Origin: Antedon mediterranea
Taxonomy: Eukaryota; Animalia; Echinodermata
Direction of reading: 5' to 3'
Assembly: GCF_964355755.1 (NCBI RefSeq)
Contig: NC_092675.1
Span: forward strand, 20,556,912-20,620,911
DNA: 64,000 nucleotides
The notes under the pieces are model-generated. The model was not told the origin of the DNA. It saw only the letters and a list, made by a program, of their open reading frames with translations, and made no database searches. This document shows positions 26,102 to 41,159 of the stretch, in pieces; position 1 is the first letter of the stretch; each line of letters begins with the position of its first letter. Position numbers and translations under genes: made by a program.

Positions 26102-27394
26102 CAGTGACTTTAAACAGTACAGTACATTAACACACTGTGTAACAATTTCTTGGTACTTTCTTTGAACCTTTAATAGCATGCCAGAATTCATTGGTCCGTA
26201 ACCTCACAGCAGCCTACTACAGTATTTTTAGCAATTAGACACAGGCTCCACCGAATCTTAGTATGGGTCATTTCTGCCACGCAATTTATTTTAATGTGAT
26301 TCTTTGCGAAGATGAATTCAACTTTAAATAAAATCAATATTCTATAGTATATTTATAAAATCCTTTTACTTAAACATGATTATAACACTAGTATTAGTCA
26401 TCAGAGTCCATTATTGTTTGTCAAATTTGTAATTACAGTTAGAATAAAATTCTCCTTTCAGAGTGGGACACTTTGTTGGGTCTGAATGTTCTATTGTATC
26501 AATGATTGTATAGTTTTACTACAGTATGTAATGTTTATGATTGTTAAATGTATATAATGCATTCCACAATGTCATCCACATGTCATCTCAATGCGCTGTC
26601 GACTTACACTTTTCAATACATGCTTCTCCCTTAAGAGTCATACGAAGTCAGTGCTGCCAACTAGGTCGCTATTTCTTCTGTCCACAACAGTGGCTGTGTG
26701 AACTAGTATACCGGGGCAACTCCCTACTCATCTCGAAAGATGTACTAGGTTCAACAATTTATTTATGTCATTTGAAAAACCAAGCATTCATTTTATAGGC
26801 TATGCAAATTCCTCAATCAAGTAATTATTATTGATTATAATAGTGTCAATTTCAATGCTGCTGAAAAGTATGCATTTTAAACAGTTATTCTGTTTAAAAC
26901 ACATTGTTGATACTATATGAATGAAAAAGCTAATGTAGATATGGATTTAGCAGAGTGACTTCACAATGAATGTTTAGCAACCCACAAGCCCTGACCTAAA
27001 GGTCGTCAGTTAATTCCGAACTCATGCCATTTTTGTAATCTCTAATATGACAAAGCAAATCATTTTCTCAATGAAAGTTGTCTATTTTATTATGGCTAAA
27101 ATATGAAAATTACAGCTGTAACATTTTAGATCTAATATTTAGTAGTTTTATTTATTATTTTAAAATATAGATTTTCTTATCAGCAGATGTTTAATGATAA
27201 TAATGATGAACTTTAATTTTGTTTAAAATATGCAGTAATTTATAAAGTAATGACATACAAAAAAAGGCTTGGTGTGTTGTCTTTCTTTACTTTACTGTGA
27301 GAATTTCACTAGCTAGCTAATTGGTTCAGTTTTTGCTGGCAAGAAAATTTACACCAGTTATTCAATTTTGTTTACAGCAGAATCAAATATATAA

Positions 27395-27472
27395 AGCTCT
27401 GTCTACACTCAACCTTTATATGACAAAATGTGATGTGCCTATATATGAACATGATGATGTCAAACTAGTTTA
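27395..27472. mobile_element. Internally deleted MITE family A copy
   Basis: AGCTCTGTCTACACTCAACCTTTATATGACAAAATGTGATGTGCC...GTCAAACTAGTTT. Confidence 0.65.
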
Positions 27473-29236
27473 ATAAGGAATATTTGGGTTATAAATGTCA
27501 TTTTATTGAGTGAATTCAGTGAAATTCTTGCCAAAATGCAGAGAGCGACAGAGGTCGTGCTATTTAATATTTCGACCCATATTGAAGTTGCAGATAGCAC
27601 AAGATTTTAATAATAAACCTTTGTGATGTCACCAGTAAATCAATTAAACAACTTCAAAACTTTTTTGTGGACATTCATGCAAACAAACATACATTCAAAG
27701 CAAGTATTATACAATAGCCAAATAAGAAGAAGAATTTTGCTGAGTAATTAAGTTTAGACTAGACATCAAAGGTGGTTGGTTGATGTCAATCATCAACATT
27801 ATTTAGGTTACTATTATTTGCTTTAAGCCTAGTAGTAGTACCAGTGGTAATATTTGACTGCATAGTAAAAGTACAGTACACTGAACTTGTGTCATTTATT
27901 GAGGCCTGCATCTATTGACCTATAAAGTATAATCAACTATATTTACTGTGTCCTATATAAAAAGGCGCCGACAGATAACAAGCATTATTCAGAAAACAAT
28001 AAAACTACTGACTGTTATCATGATAGCCTTGAAATTTCTATTTTAAAATTTCATAAAAGGAATGCCACTTTGAAGGGATTTTATTTCTTGTTTTTGTTGA
28101 AATTTACTCAAATGAATATAATCCTTTTTATTTATTATAATCTCAGGCAAATGCATTCATTCGATATTATAATGAAATTGAGAAGAAGGTGTATATTATT
28201 ATAATAGAATGCATGGTCTGTGCTGTGCTGTGTTTTAAAAACCAAAAGGGGTATTGAACCCTTGATGTCATTTTTTGAAACATAAAATTTATGGTAATAC
28301 ACTGTGAAATATTTAATCTGTTACTATATTTACAAACACAATATATAAAATGTCAATATCAATTTATTTTAATTTAAAATACAGTGAAACACCTTTGGAA
28401 CCAAGAAAATTGTCCCTTTTGGATGTCCTCGCATATTTATAACTCGCCAAGTATTTACATTTATAGGCCTCACGAATATCAAACCATATAAAGGCCAATT
28501 TACACAGATGAGAGGTAATTGTAAGCGGAAAACTGCTTTAGCTTGTCCCATGTAGAATCTATGTTTGTAAATGGTCATATTAAGAATAACATAGATTCTA
28601 TATATGTATACCAAAACATATTTCTATACCAGCCTTCCTGGAAAACCAGACATATTTGGCCAGCCCAAAGGTGTCCAGCATTGGGATTCATTTTATGCTA
28701 TGTATTACCATTACCACTCATCTTTGTAAATTTAATAGTACACTTCCATGACACAGGACCTGTATTATCTATCATGGCACAATATTGCACATCCATTAGT
28801 AAACAACTGGTTAATGTAAGAGATTAACAAGGATTTAACAGTAGTGTGAAAAGGAGTTTATGGAGCTAATGAAGAGTTTTATTCAGTACCTCATAAATCA
28901 CAATCCAGTTTTGTTCTTTATTGATCTAAATTTGTCAGTCAATTAAGTGTTATTGATTTATTGGACAGCCATCTATATAACATACCATCAGAAAATATTA
29001 AGAAGATTCAACCTTGTCTATTTTGTACTTTTTAACCTTATGTAACTAGACCACTTTGAAAAGTAGTACAGTACTATATTGTTAAAAAATTGAATGACAA
29101 AGACAAAAGCAAGAATAAATAAATAATATATATAGTACAATAGTTATTTTTATTGTTTATTTTATATTTCTTAACCTTGTAACCATAGATGAAATAAATA
29201 TTTATTCCCTCCATGTTGTACTAATTTTTAAAAGTA

Positions 29237-29388
29237 CAGTCAACTCTCCCAATACCAGACTTTTCTTGAAGTCTAAACAGTTCCAAATTCATTTTTACCA
29301 TTCAAAACACATTCCAAATACCAGCCTTCCTGGAAAACCAGACATATTTGGCAAGCCCAAAGGTGTCCAGCATTGGGAGAGTTGACTG
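29237..29388. mobile_element. Tc1/mariner (pogo/Tigger-like) MITE
   Basis: TA|CAGTCAACTCTCCCAAT ... ATTGGGAGAGTTGACTG|TA; TA TSD. Related pieces at about 28627-28687, 33976-34100 and 41125-41140. Confidence 0.8.
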
Positions 29389-30983
29389 TAGTATGGTATG
29401 GTACTGAAATCTTACTGTGACACAACAGTAGTTTGTAAGTGCCTTACTTTAAAGTGTGTAAGTATGTCGATATATATTGGGAAATTCATTTTATGCTTTG
29501 TATTCTAATATATATGCATACAAGAACATAAGCAGATTATAAACTGAAATCCATCATATCCATCAAAGATACGAATAAACTTCATAATCTTTTCTCATAT
29601 TTTAGAATTATTTTTAAGATTAAGTATAAAGGTTAAGTTAATATATTAGGTTTAAGAAAACTTGTCTATCTAGGTATGTTTATATTATAGTTAATATTTA
29701 TCTTTATTTTACTCATCTTAAAGGTAGGCAAAGGGTAAGTGGTGGGTTCGAGTTTAACTCGAAAGCCAGGGTACAACCAGAGGCAAATGATGATCTTGGA
29801 TAATATTTGTGTTTTTAATAGTCAATTATTTTTTTAGTAGTAAATTTTTATATGCTACGCTGTTATGCATCATTACAATAGTGCGACTAGGGCCAAGAAC
29901 AGCTAACACAAATAACTATCACAAATTTAATGTTTACATTTGGGCAAAACTTTCATTCTCCAAAAAATTGTAAACAAACTTTCCCCACTAATTTCTTTAT
30001 TTCCATGACTAAGGGGTAGGCCTATTATTGTGAGGAGCTTATTAGTCATACAAATCCGGGAGTAATGTCAAGGTCTGCAAGCATGAACATAAATGCTCCA
30101 TTCCCAAAACCGAGAGTGAATCATCATCACTAATTGATTGCTAGATAAATCAAGTTTATACAATTGTTTTAAAGTGTCAAATTTATACAATTGTTGTTGT
30201 TATGATTAGATTTAGTTTAATACTTTTTATTTATCTAAATAAATTGCTTCTTTTTTTATAGAAAATATAGCTATTCTTTACATTGCCTAGTAAAATTATA
30301 ACCATGATTATGAACAAACTTTGTGATAGTCATACAAATGTCACTATAAATAATGATTGAAGAACAGGCTTGCTGTCAAGTTTAAGAGGTAAAAGTCAAG
30401 CAAGTGTGCAGTAGAGAATAATTAGTCAATAAATGACTTTATCAGAGGGCAATTACTTATAAGTTAGTACCTTATTTGGTGTGTGTTATATGGATTCTCA
30501 GCAGGGGTGGTAGCTAATGAGTTCATAGGCACTTTTAGCCCAGAGTTGTCAAAACAGGAGCACCATACCTCAGTAATAATTGCTAGCTAAACTCAACCTA
30601 AAGTATGATAGATCTATTAACCTTGCAACTGTTTATCCATACTTTGAAGTCTCTAGCCATTTTCTAGATTTTAAGTAAGCCATGAAATACTTTCATTAAA
30701 ACCATAACATTTGATTAGCCATATTACTGATCAATTTTGGAATAGAAAACTTGGTTTTGTATTGTTGATTAACCACTCAAAATAGAGTATGTTAGCCTGT
30801 CTGTTGTCATTTATTTTCTAGATTTTGAGTAAGCCAAGGAATATTTTTATTTATTAGATCATAACAATCTGAATTTGAAGTCTAGAAAATCGTGTGTTTT
30901 GCTATCTGTTTGATAAATCTGCAATATTATGGTGCTATATGTAGCATTTCGCTATGCTAAACTGACGAAGATATTCGGTGTAA

Positions 30984-31150
30984 AGCTTTGTCTACACTAT
31001 CAAACTAGTTTGACAAATATGGTAGTGATATGCCTAAATATGGTAGTAATATGCCCAAATATGGTAATCATATGACATCATAATGTTCAGATATGGGCAC
31101 ATCACATTTTTTTGTCATATAAAGTTTCATACTGTAGTGTAGACAGAGCT
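30984..31150. mobile_element. Harbinger-like MITE family A (best-delimited copy)
   Basis: TAA|AGCTTTGTCTACACT ... AGTGTAGACAGAGCT|TAA; internal ATATGGTAGTGATATGCC repeats. Confidence 0.8.
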
Positions 31151-32399
31151 TAAAGCTACTATGAATGTTATTGTAAGTAAGCTTGATTAATCAACTGTGA
31201 TCCCTTGTTGGTCACTTACAGCGAGCAATGCAGCGATACTCATGGTAATTGGTTTATGCTAGGAAAATACTTTGTTTCAAACATTATTGTAGCCTAGGGC
31301 AAACGGTATTCTAATGAAAATATGTTGCTCCAACATACAGAAATGGTGCTAACATTTCAATACCATTAGAACCAGAGGATCGGACTGTAACAATCCATGT
31401 CTGAAATCATTATATCAACTTTATAAGCCTCCTTTCTTACTGTTTGAGTAATCGACATTGATCTTCTGTATTTATCTCGGGTTGATTCCACTATTAGGCA
31501 CAGCCTGTTCGTTTAATATTATATGTATATGTTTGTTTATATGTTTTTGTGTGGTAATTCTTTATTTACTCTAAAGACCTGAGCCATATGTGTATTAAAC
31601 AACAAACCGCTTTGAACTTGATTCTATGCTCATAATTTATATAATAATTTTTCTATGCACCATTAATGGAAATAAATGTTAATAAAGTGAAATCTACCAT
31701 ACATTAAAAATCACCAATGGGAAGGTAAAATGAAGAAGGTGGTACGTTGGAACATTACAAGATGAGGGCGTGGTTGTGGACTAGTCCATTATGATGCAGG
31801 GGGATATTGTCGGTTTATACAGGTAAGCTAGGCACAAAATAGACTTAATATTATGATAAAGGTATACTGTAAACAAAAATTCTCCTGTCATATTTATCCC
31901 TTTTATAAAATAGGATGCTAAAAATGTTTGTGATAAGATAAATTTCTTGATCAAATCTACCTTAAGATTTCTATAATCTTCCTTAAGATTTCTATAATCT
32001 TCTTTAGGTTCCTTATACCCCGTAGCCTATAACAAATACAATGAAACACAACAAAATAAAAAATACAATGAAAGTAATGCAACAAAAAAATCACAATACC
32101 TTCATTAATATCATTGTATACAACAAAGAAAGTCAAGTATCAACACATTAATCTTTGTAATCTTTAAAAAACCAACAATACAGTGATAATAATTGTATAA
32201 CTACTGTGGAGTATAGCTTTGTGTCAGGGAGGAATTAGTTTTGCCCACTTTGATATAATGTAGTAGTAGATTAGAACCTCTTCAGACCTTAAAAAGTATC
32301 ACCTTAATAGGAGTTGTCGGGGTGGTCAAACGCATTGTTCCTTGTTCATTTCCTGGGAAAGTCTGCTGAATAGGAGTCTGTACTCTGTAACTCGTAACA

Positions 32400-32450
32400 C
32401 TCCGGTGAGACTTGAACCCACGACCTGTAGATCAAAAACATCCGACCAAA
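32400..32450 (-). mobile_element. tRNA-derived SINE head fragment
   Basis: Minus strand AGGTCGTGGGTTCAAGTCTCACCGGAG (variable loop plus T arm / B box). Confidence 0.45.
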
Positions 32451-35400
32451 TACAGTAACTTATAGAACTAAAGTGCTACAACTTGAGCTACTAACTTTGC
32501 AATTAATGTTTTTTAATCTTAAGATTTATTGTAACTCATCTCTTTGTTAATATCTGCAGATTACAACCTGTGATTAGGTTTATATCTTGTATCTATGTGT
32601 TTATTGTAATGCATCATTTTGTAATTACTTAGTTAACAAAATAATGAACCTGAGTATATGGGTAGACTACTGTGATAATACAGTAATAATAGGACTTTGT
32701 CTCACATATAATTTATTACTGGGGGTCTACTGTACAGTTGTTATTGTGCTAAAAATGAACTTATAAAATGCAAAATGAAAATGTAAATGAAATAATCTTA
32801 AATATATATTTGAAGACTTTAATTAAGCATGTTTTTTTGCAAATTGAGAGAAGTTAAAAACATCTTACAAATTCAGGCTTTTTTGACAGCTAAGACCACT
32901 GGGCCATTACTTGCCAAATATAATGCTGGGAACATTAGCTAATTAATTGGCCCATAGACATTTTTACTTACTAGTGTATTATTTTTGTAGATATAACTAA
33001 GAACCATAGGCAAATTGTGCTTTAAACTATATAAAAACAAAATATGTTGTACTCCAAATAAAGGCGCAAGATATATTTTCAAGTCAGCGTAACCTAAATT
33101 ATAAGAAAAAAGAAGACCAATTAAAATGAAATGTGTATTAGATGATGTGCATCACAAACGGATGGGGTGTGAATGCAACTTTGCACTCAAAAGGTTAAAA
33201 AAGTGTCCTAGATCTCTATAACATATTCTGATTGATTGATTTATTGATTATAAATGACTTGACTCAATGACTCAGTACCATACAAACTTTCTTTTGACTT
33301 TAACACTCAGAACGTTACATAATCTATGATTGATTATTTTAATCAGCTTTAAAATACATTTAATGCATACAGTTTTAATAATTGACTTTATTATAAATAT
33401 AGGTTATATGCATAGTTTTTCTTTTGGTCACCACCACGGAAGCAGGATGCGTGTACAGTACTTCATTTGTATTTGTTTACCGTTTTCTCATAATTTGGAT
33501 ATTGACTGGTAAATTCAAGTAGTTCTTGTAGTATGGGTTATGTAAATCAAATTATAGGCTGTGGTTTTTTAGCCTGTTGACTGATGGTGATGAGGAGGAT
33601 GATGATGGATGGCTGCATAAGAGACATTCAACCACAAATATCCTCTAATAAATATGCGTCCTATATTTTGTTTTATAAAAAACATTACCAGACATTACTA
33701 CCAGACAGTGATCACCAGATGTTTTTTTTTTCTTTGTCCACTAGCTCCTATTATCAAATTTTACGCATTTTCAATGTGGTTGCCTTACATTTTTGGAACT
33801 ACAGTACTATAATGAGAGTTCACAGATCGGTTTTGTGTAGAAATCAAATGTTTTTTTTAGGTTTGTGAGGTTTAGCAATACCCACTAAAGACAGTGATTT
33901 CTACACAAACCAGTTCTGTGAATATCATATTAAATATATACAACGTATGGTGGTCAGTGTAATAGAAGATGGTTATACAGTCGACTCTCCCAATACTGGA
34001 CTCTCTGAAATCCGAAAACTTTCCTAAAATCATTTTTCCATTAAAAAGACATTCCAAACCACTTCTTAGAAAACCAGACATATAAACGTGTTTGGTATTG
34101 ATTGTACTTTATTTATTAAAACACGAAGTCTTTAATTCTAATAATAAATGAGATATTTTTAAAACAATGAATAAGAGATATGTAGAAGATGGTTAACACA
34201 GAGGATTGGAAAATAGGTAACACTGAGGATTACACTGGTCTTGGGCTTAAAATGTACAATAGTACTGTCGCAGCTACAGTATTTCATGGACCTATAAATT
34301 AAGTTATAGTATATAGATTTAGAATTAAATTAAAATAAATAAATGCAAAATAAACATTTGTGGACAATAGATTTATGGCTTAAACTGGCTTTCATAACAA
34401 GAGACGATGAGGATGAGGAATTAAGTTGTTTATTTTCATTTTATTGCAATGAAATAAGACTTTTTTCATTAGAACTTTGCTGTGAAAGGTTTTATTACAG
34501 TATAACTGTAAATTTTGTCAATATAAGTGGTATTCATTTGATTTTACAATCAGTGTGTTTTGTGGTTTAGCAGACTGCTTTATATGGCCCTATATAAATA
34601 AACGGCAATAATTTAGCAGCATATGTTGACAATTTAAAACAAAATTATTCAGATGATTGAAAAAGTATTACTTTCGTTTGTAGCATCAGCTTGAATTTTT
34701 ATATAGAATGTTCACAATTCATGACCAATATTGTGTATTTTACAGTATTTGAATATGTTTTGCTGTATAACAAAGTAGTAGATTAACTTAAACCACCTGC
34801 TCTACACTATGGACATGGATTAAACTAATCTATCAGTTGATGGCGGCTTAATGGAAGTCAATGGCCTAATGTTTGTTATGCACCAACGATTTTGTTATGT
34901 TTTTTAAATGACCATATGTATATGCATATGCTATAGTTTTGAAATAACCAAAAGTTTTCTTATTGCATATCTAGACCCCTTCATTTTACCATTTCCAATG
35001 TGAAAAGCTGCACAACAAAAATTGCAAAATAAATGTGGAGAATTGTTGACTGGACTTCCTTTGTTTGACCATAATTTGACTATGCTTCATTGTATAAACA
35101 GGCGTTACAGAGTGGTTCCCTTTCACAATGTCCAGGCTGCTTTAAGATTGCATCTGCAAATGTTAGGCCTAACAAAAGCCAACATCTTGGTGTGAACATT
35201 ACAGTATGAGTGGTATACAATTTGATTACAAGTTCATTTTAAAATTGTTGATTTCTTACAAGAAGCCGTGGAGCAAAAATCGAAGAAATTTAACTTTAAT
35301 TTTTAACAGACACTTCAGAATTTTGTAGACAAGTCATTAATATTCATCAGAATGGTTTGTTTATTGCCAGAACATTTAATTTAAATTTATGATACATTCA

Positions 35401-36042
35401 TTGTCTTTTATGAAGTGGCATAACCTTTGGCAATTGTCAATTATCATTGGCACATGTATTATTAAAATATATAGCATTGATTTTTAAGTGTACATAAAAC
35501 TACTTTTTTTGTGTGTAAACTGATGACTGTGACATTTGGTGTGGATACTGTAAATGCCTTTGTTAGAAATAGAAATAAAGAAAATAATTGTTAATACACT
35601 AAGAGCATTGCATTTTGGTTAATTTTATAATGATTATCCGCCTTCCCACTCCTCAACCACTGAATTGTTATTTGGAAACACAAAATTAGCAGAAATGCTG
35701 TTGATATTGAAATTCAAGTTTAGGTCTATTTTGGAATAAACGATAGGCGATATCCAGCAGAAATAGGCCCTTAGTTACCAAGCCTTTAGCTTCAACATCC
35801 CCGAATGTTTTAGTTTTTGGAGAAAAAAACAAACCTATCACCACATCTATTTGTCATTTCACTTCAACTTTTTTATTAAACTCATCTGGATTTACTATAA
35901 AAAAAAATTGTACAGAATACTTTAAATTCCTAATTTAATAAACATCATACCCATCAGCAATATATGAGACAGATGTTTCACCTACAATTTAACTACAGCC
36001 CTACTTTTCAGGTACAGTAGACCTACCTGAGGTAAAATTGGT

Positions 36043-36191
36043 AAAATAACTGACTCCCCTTAGGGCAAAATAACTGACTCCCCTTAGGGCAAAATAACTG
36101 ACTCTCCTTAGGGCAAAATAACTGACTCCCCTTATGGCAAAATAACTGACTCCCCTTAGGGCAAAATAACTGACTCCCCTTAAGGCAAAAT
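36043..36191. repeat. 24-bp minisatellite, 6 copies
   Basis: AAAATAACTGACTCCCCTTAGGGC x6. Confidence 0.95.
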
Positions 36192-36944
36192 TGAGAAAAT
36201 GTTAAACATTATTGATATGTTTCTCATAATAACACTCAGAACAAAGATTAATGTGAAATTTTATAGGTAGATATCCATGCATCCATACAGGTACATATAG
36301 GATATAAAAATGAATAAGGTGAGGTGGTTGATTGAGACTGTCCCTCGGTATTTACGCTTGTGTAATATACAGTACAGTAGAACAATACATTTTGTACTAC
36401 TACTTCTATAAATCCATTTTTTAAATCAAAAACTTTTTCTGACAAAAATCAAGACTAGCAGACAGATTAATCAAGTTATAATCTTACTGCGACTTGTGTT
36501 AAAAGATTTAAAGATTTGAGTGTAACATTCTTCATTTAACAGACAGTTCTTTATGAATATGCGCATAAAGGTTTATCTGTAATTTTAATGTCAATGTTTT
36601 TCTACAAGCAAATTGTATTTGTAACATTGATTCATAATTTTACACAGCTGTATTATAGATGTTACAACCAAAGTGTAGATTTATTTATTAAAAATTTCCA
36701 CAAACCGACCAAGAGGACACCACGGGCCATGGCCCAACACAAAACATCTTGAGACTGATGGAAAGACAGAAAGTATAAAAAAAAACTGTGCTGTAAAAGC
36801 ACCCACTCATCACGGAGCAACTTTAGTTGCTACGCAAAATGATGATTATTTGATTGACCGCCTTTGACCTTGAGTCAACTGATGTAGCATATTGAACATG
36901 TGACCACCTAAGCGTCATTTTGGTTATTTAATAACGTTTTTGGC

Positions 36945-37040
36945 AACAACCACCTACCTACTGACAACCACCTACCTACTGACAACCACCCATCTACTGA
37001 CAACCACCCACCTACCTACTGACAACCATCCACCTACTGA
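36945..37040. repeat. About 18-bp minisatellite
   Basis: GACAACCACCTACCTACT variants, about 5 copies. Confidence 0.8.
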
Positions 37041-39174
37041 TTTAGCAGAAATTTGGTAGATATAAACATTTTCATCAGTAGAAGCAGCAAAGAATTTTAC
37101 AAGAAATCACTTTTACTGGAAAAATATAAATGTAATTTAAATGGACAGTTGCCAATCAAACCCAAGTGCGTCCCTTTTAACTGACCCTGGTTTATTATTG
37201 TCCATAAATAAATATATAAAATGAGATAATATTTTTTTCAATACCCAGCTTTTGCCAGACAAAAATTAACATTGATATTGATAATGTTTCAAAATTCACA
37301 CATCAGTAGTTACGGTCACTGACTGCAAAAGCCAAATCAATAAAACAATTTGCCTATAAATATACATAGGTTTTTGTTAAAGATTTAACCTCAATTTTCA
37401 GATGTGGCCTCAATGTATACAGTGTAAAGATGGGCATAGTTCATTTTCGAAGGTGCCTAAAACTTGAACCATAGTCAGCAACCATTGCCATTTTTTGGGT
37501 GATTTTTTATTACATTTTTTGGAACAAATGTGTTATCATAATTTTGCTACGAGTTTGGCACAATGAGTGATTTTTAAAAATAATTTTAGGATAATTAAGG
37601 CAATGATTATTCCTTGTAGATATTTTTACCTCTGACCCTGGATCGTATAAAAAATGCTTGAGACCCCATCCCTCATCTAATTGGGAATTTCCATCACAGA
37701 TTTTAAATCTCTCAGTAAAATTTATTTTTATTATCCTATCCATATATTATACCAACCCATATTTCTCAAGTTGGAATAACACACTTCCTTGGTAATTATC
37801 TACATACGGTATTACCTCTTGACGTATATGCATGGGGACGGGTGCATGTCTGAGATTGAGAGGCATTTTAAAGTAGCATCTGATTCGCTCAGTAGCCATG
37901 ACAGTATACATTTTTCTTGAGGAATTGAGCTTCTTTTGGAGTAAACATTCCACTTTAATATAAAGATGTTTGGAATAACCTTACAACCAGCATCATTTCA
38001 AGAATATTATGCTATAAACTATTGAACTACTACAACATAAAAACCAAAATAACCTATATTTTAACCAGACTTATGATTTTTTTTAATATTGCATGTTGTA
38101 TTATAATTTATAGGTAATAAACAGTTGTAGTGCATTAGTGTAATGATTAAGTATGTTCTTAATAACCAACAAATGACTTTTTTCTGTGACATTATTGAAA
38201 ACTAATTGATGAAAAAGCCTCATTTATTAAACTATTTTTATCCATTTTTATCCAGCGAGGTTGATGTCCCTGTAGTATGCTAGAGAATTGCTGAAATTGT
38301 TCATATTTTTACATTTAATGAACGCATTATGGGTAATGATTTGTAGTAAAAATTGATTCTTCAAGATAACCAATGTATTTCAATCCTTTTGAATAATACT
38401 GTATTTTGAGGTAATTGTTATTGTAAACATGCCCTTATATGGTAATAACTATAAAAGTTAGTCGTGATTATAAATACATTTTTATTGTTTATTTTCTGTA
38501 ATTCACCTGCAATATACATGCGAATAACTGATCTCACTATAACAACTTTTAATGACTTCCTAAATGATAGTTTCTATTCCAACAACTTCTGTTAAATTTC
38601 AGAATTTTAATTTTATGGTTTTTAAATGCATATATGCATAATAATGACAATAATTTATCTAAATTCCAGTTAATTTCTATTGTTTTTACATATTCAGATA
38701 TGTCCTTCATTAAAAGTAGGTTTGATATTGGTTACTGTACTTTTTTTCAAAATCTAGAAAAAAATTGATGTTACAGTATATTATTTAGCATAACACAGGC
38801 ACTGCCTATTAAGGGACAATTTTCTGTAAAACAATGGACGGAAAATTTGTTTTAACACTACTTCAATCAATCCTTATTCAGAGGCCACCCTAAAAGGGGT
38901 TCCAGATGTTGTTCCCTTAATGTTAAATGTACTATTTTGGTCATCCAGCTTAACTAGAAACTGAGGAAATTCGTCCCTCGTCCCGGACACACGGCAGCCA
39001 GCAGTGCAGCGCCTACCAGATCAGCACATATAGGAGTCTACCGTATGGCATTAAAATGAATTTTGAAAATTGTTATCCTATATGAGATATCTTCTTAACA
39101 TTTTACTTAATATTAAATCTCATTATTAACAATGGTTGTCTTTCCACTAATATTGATTCTGATGCTGTTTCTAA

Positions 39175-40070
39175 GGGCCTGTTTCTGCTGAGCAGAAATA
39201 ATCGATTATTAACCGTTTATTTTTTTAATCGATTATTTTTGGGCAGCAGAAACGGCGCAAAATAAAATAACCGATTAAAAATAACCGATTAAAAACACTC
39301 AATCCATTGCGTTTTTAATCGATTATTTCTTGTTTTAACCGATTATTGCGGAGCAGTTTTGAGCTGCAACACAAATAGCGATTATTGACCTAACTCTGAC
39401 CTCTAGAGTATGGCAAACTCATTCACGTCACACAAAGCATGCTGTTTATTTGCGCGATATCGACGACGATCCGCAAAACAATGATCGCGATGTAGACCGA
39501 ATAACAATCATATGTTAACATTTGATTTGTATTATTTTGTGGGGGAGAATTATACCGAGAGACTCCATGATTGTGTGTTACAAGTACACCGTTACATCCC
39601 ACTTAGTCCAGGCTAACAATGTTTTACATGTCCTTTTTTAGGCCTGTTGTCTGTTGACTTGTTTCGGTAGAAATATATATAGGCCTAGCTGGCCGGAGGT
39701 AGAACCAACGAACGGCGAAACAAACTTTTCTCGCCGACGTGTCCTTATTAATATAACATCATTATTCTGTTGTATGTGATACGGTAGTAGGCCTAGATGT
39801 TTATTTTACAAATAATAGCTTTACGTAAAAGTAATTTTTAATCCTACATGTGAGAGTTTTAGGCAGCGATAGGATGTAAACAAACCAACTCTCATCGGCC
39901 CTTCATAACTTGAACTGCGCTGTGGGGGAATGATGACGTGATTTTAAAAACCGATTACCTGAATAACCGATTAAAGTCGTAGCATTTTTCACTTGCAACG
40001 CGATTATTTTTGTGGTTTGCGGTGACTGGAAAAAATCGATTATTTTGATTTTTTCAGCAGAAACAGACCC
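39175..40070. mobile_element. Non-autonomous PIF/Harbinger-like DNA transposon, about 0.9 kb
   Basis: TIR GGGCCTGTTTCTGCTGA / TCAGCAGAAACAGACCC, flanked by TAA and TAG; many subterminal AAYCGATTA repeats; no ORF. Confidence 0.75.
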
Positions 40071-41159
40071 TAGGAAAAATGTTTTGTTAAGCTATTTTTC
40101 TCTGAGGAATGCATTTCTATGTTTATGACTATAAACAATAATTACACAGTACCCTAATGGAAAATGGTTTTGGTATTGGGTAAGAAAAAACGTGTCAACA
40201 TGTTTTTTTTTATGATGGCATACTTGTAGATTGTTTAAAATTAGGTTTATGAGCTCTTTTTCTATAATGTGCTTGATATTCAAAGAAACTATCTGTCACC
40301 TACTTTCAATTGAATAAAACAACTAGAATGATGAAGATCATTTGTATTTAACTTATTCACTTTTGTCATAAATTCTGACAATTTTAAGTTGTATGTATTT
40401 CATTATACTCATGTGTATGGGTTTGTATTGTAGGAAAATTTGTATAACATATAACAAACTTTCTTTACAATATTATAGATATAAAATATAACAGATTCAT
40501 CAGATAAACATCACTGTTCCGAATACAGTAATGCCTTTGTTTTGTTACCATACATTTTAAAGATAAACAGTATTTGTTGTTTGTAATGTAAATGTTCTGT
40601 ACTGTAAATTGTTATCTCTCTACCTCCCATGCAATATTTTCTTTCATTTGTTACAATATTCCAGATAGAACGTTATATATATTTACAAAGTAAACATTTT
40701 TCTTCCTTTGTCAGAAATCAAAATTGATTTCGCTCCAATGCAACAACAACAAATGCATAAGAATATACAAAAGGTGTTTGAGTCTGTGTATTTAACGTCA
40801 TATTGATTTTAAAATAGCATAGTCTGCTTAAAAAAATTAATTATGAATACATTGAACTCGTTTATAAGGAAAATAGCAAGGTTTAAAAACAGTTTCTGTA
40901 AACATACTTCCTCTATTTTTTCTTGAAAAAAGATGCTGTCAACAACTGAACATTAGTTTGCCCACAAAACAGACAAATGTTATTATGAATGGTTTTTTTA
41001 TTAGATACAGAAATATAACATAAATCTCTTTATTCATCTCATAAACAAACAAAAACAAGCAAGGAGTAAAACATATTTTTAACTATGAAATGGACCTCTA
41101 AGAAATCCCAAGGGGCTTGTGATAGTCAACTCTCCCAATGCATGTCCATCTTTGACCTG

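Noticed and set aside
30945-30983. CTGACGAAG as a hammerhead ribozyme core
   Set aside because: No properly placed GAAA or stems; interrupted by a MITE.
31715-31828. GC-richer patch ending in a strong donor CAG|GTAAGC, with WYVGT and VHYDAGD peptides
   Set aside because: All frames contain stops, the peptides are in different frames, and there is no clear upstream acceptor.
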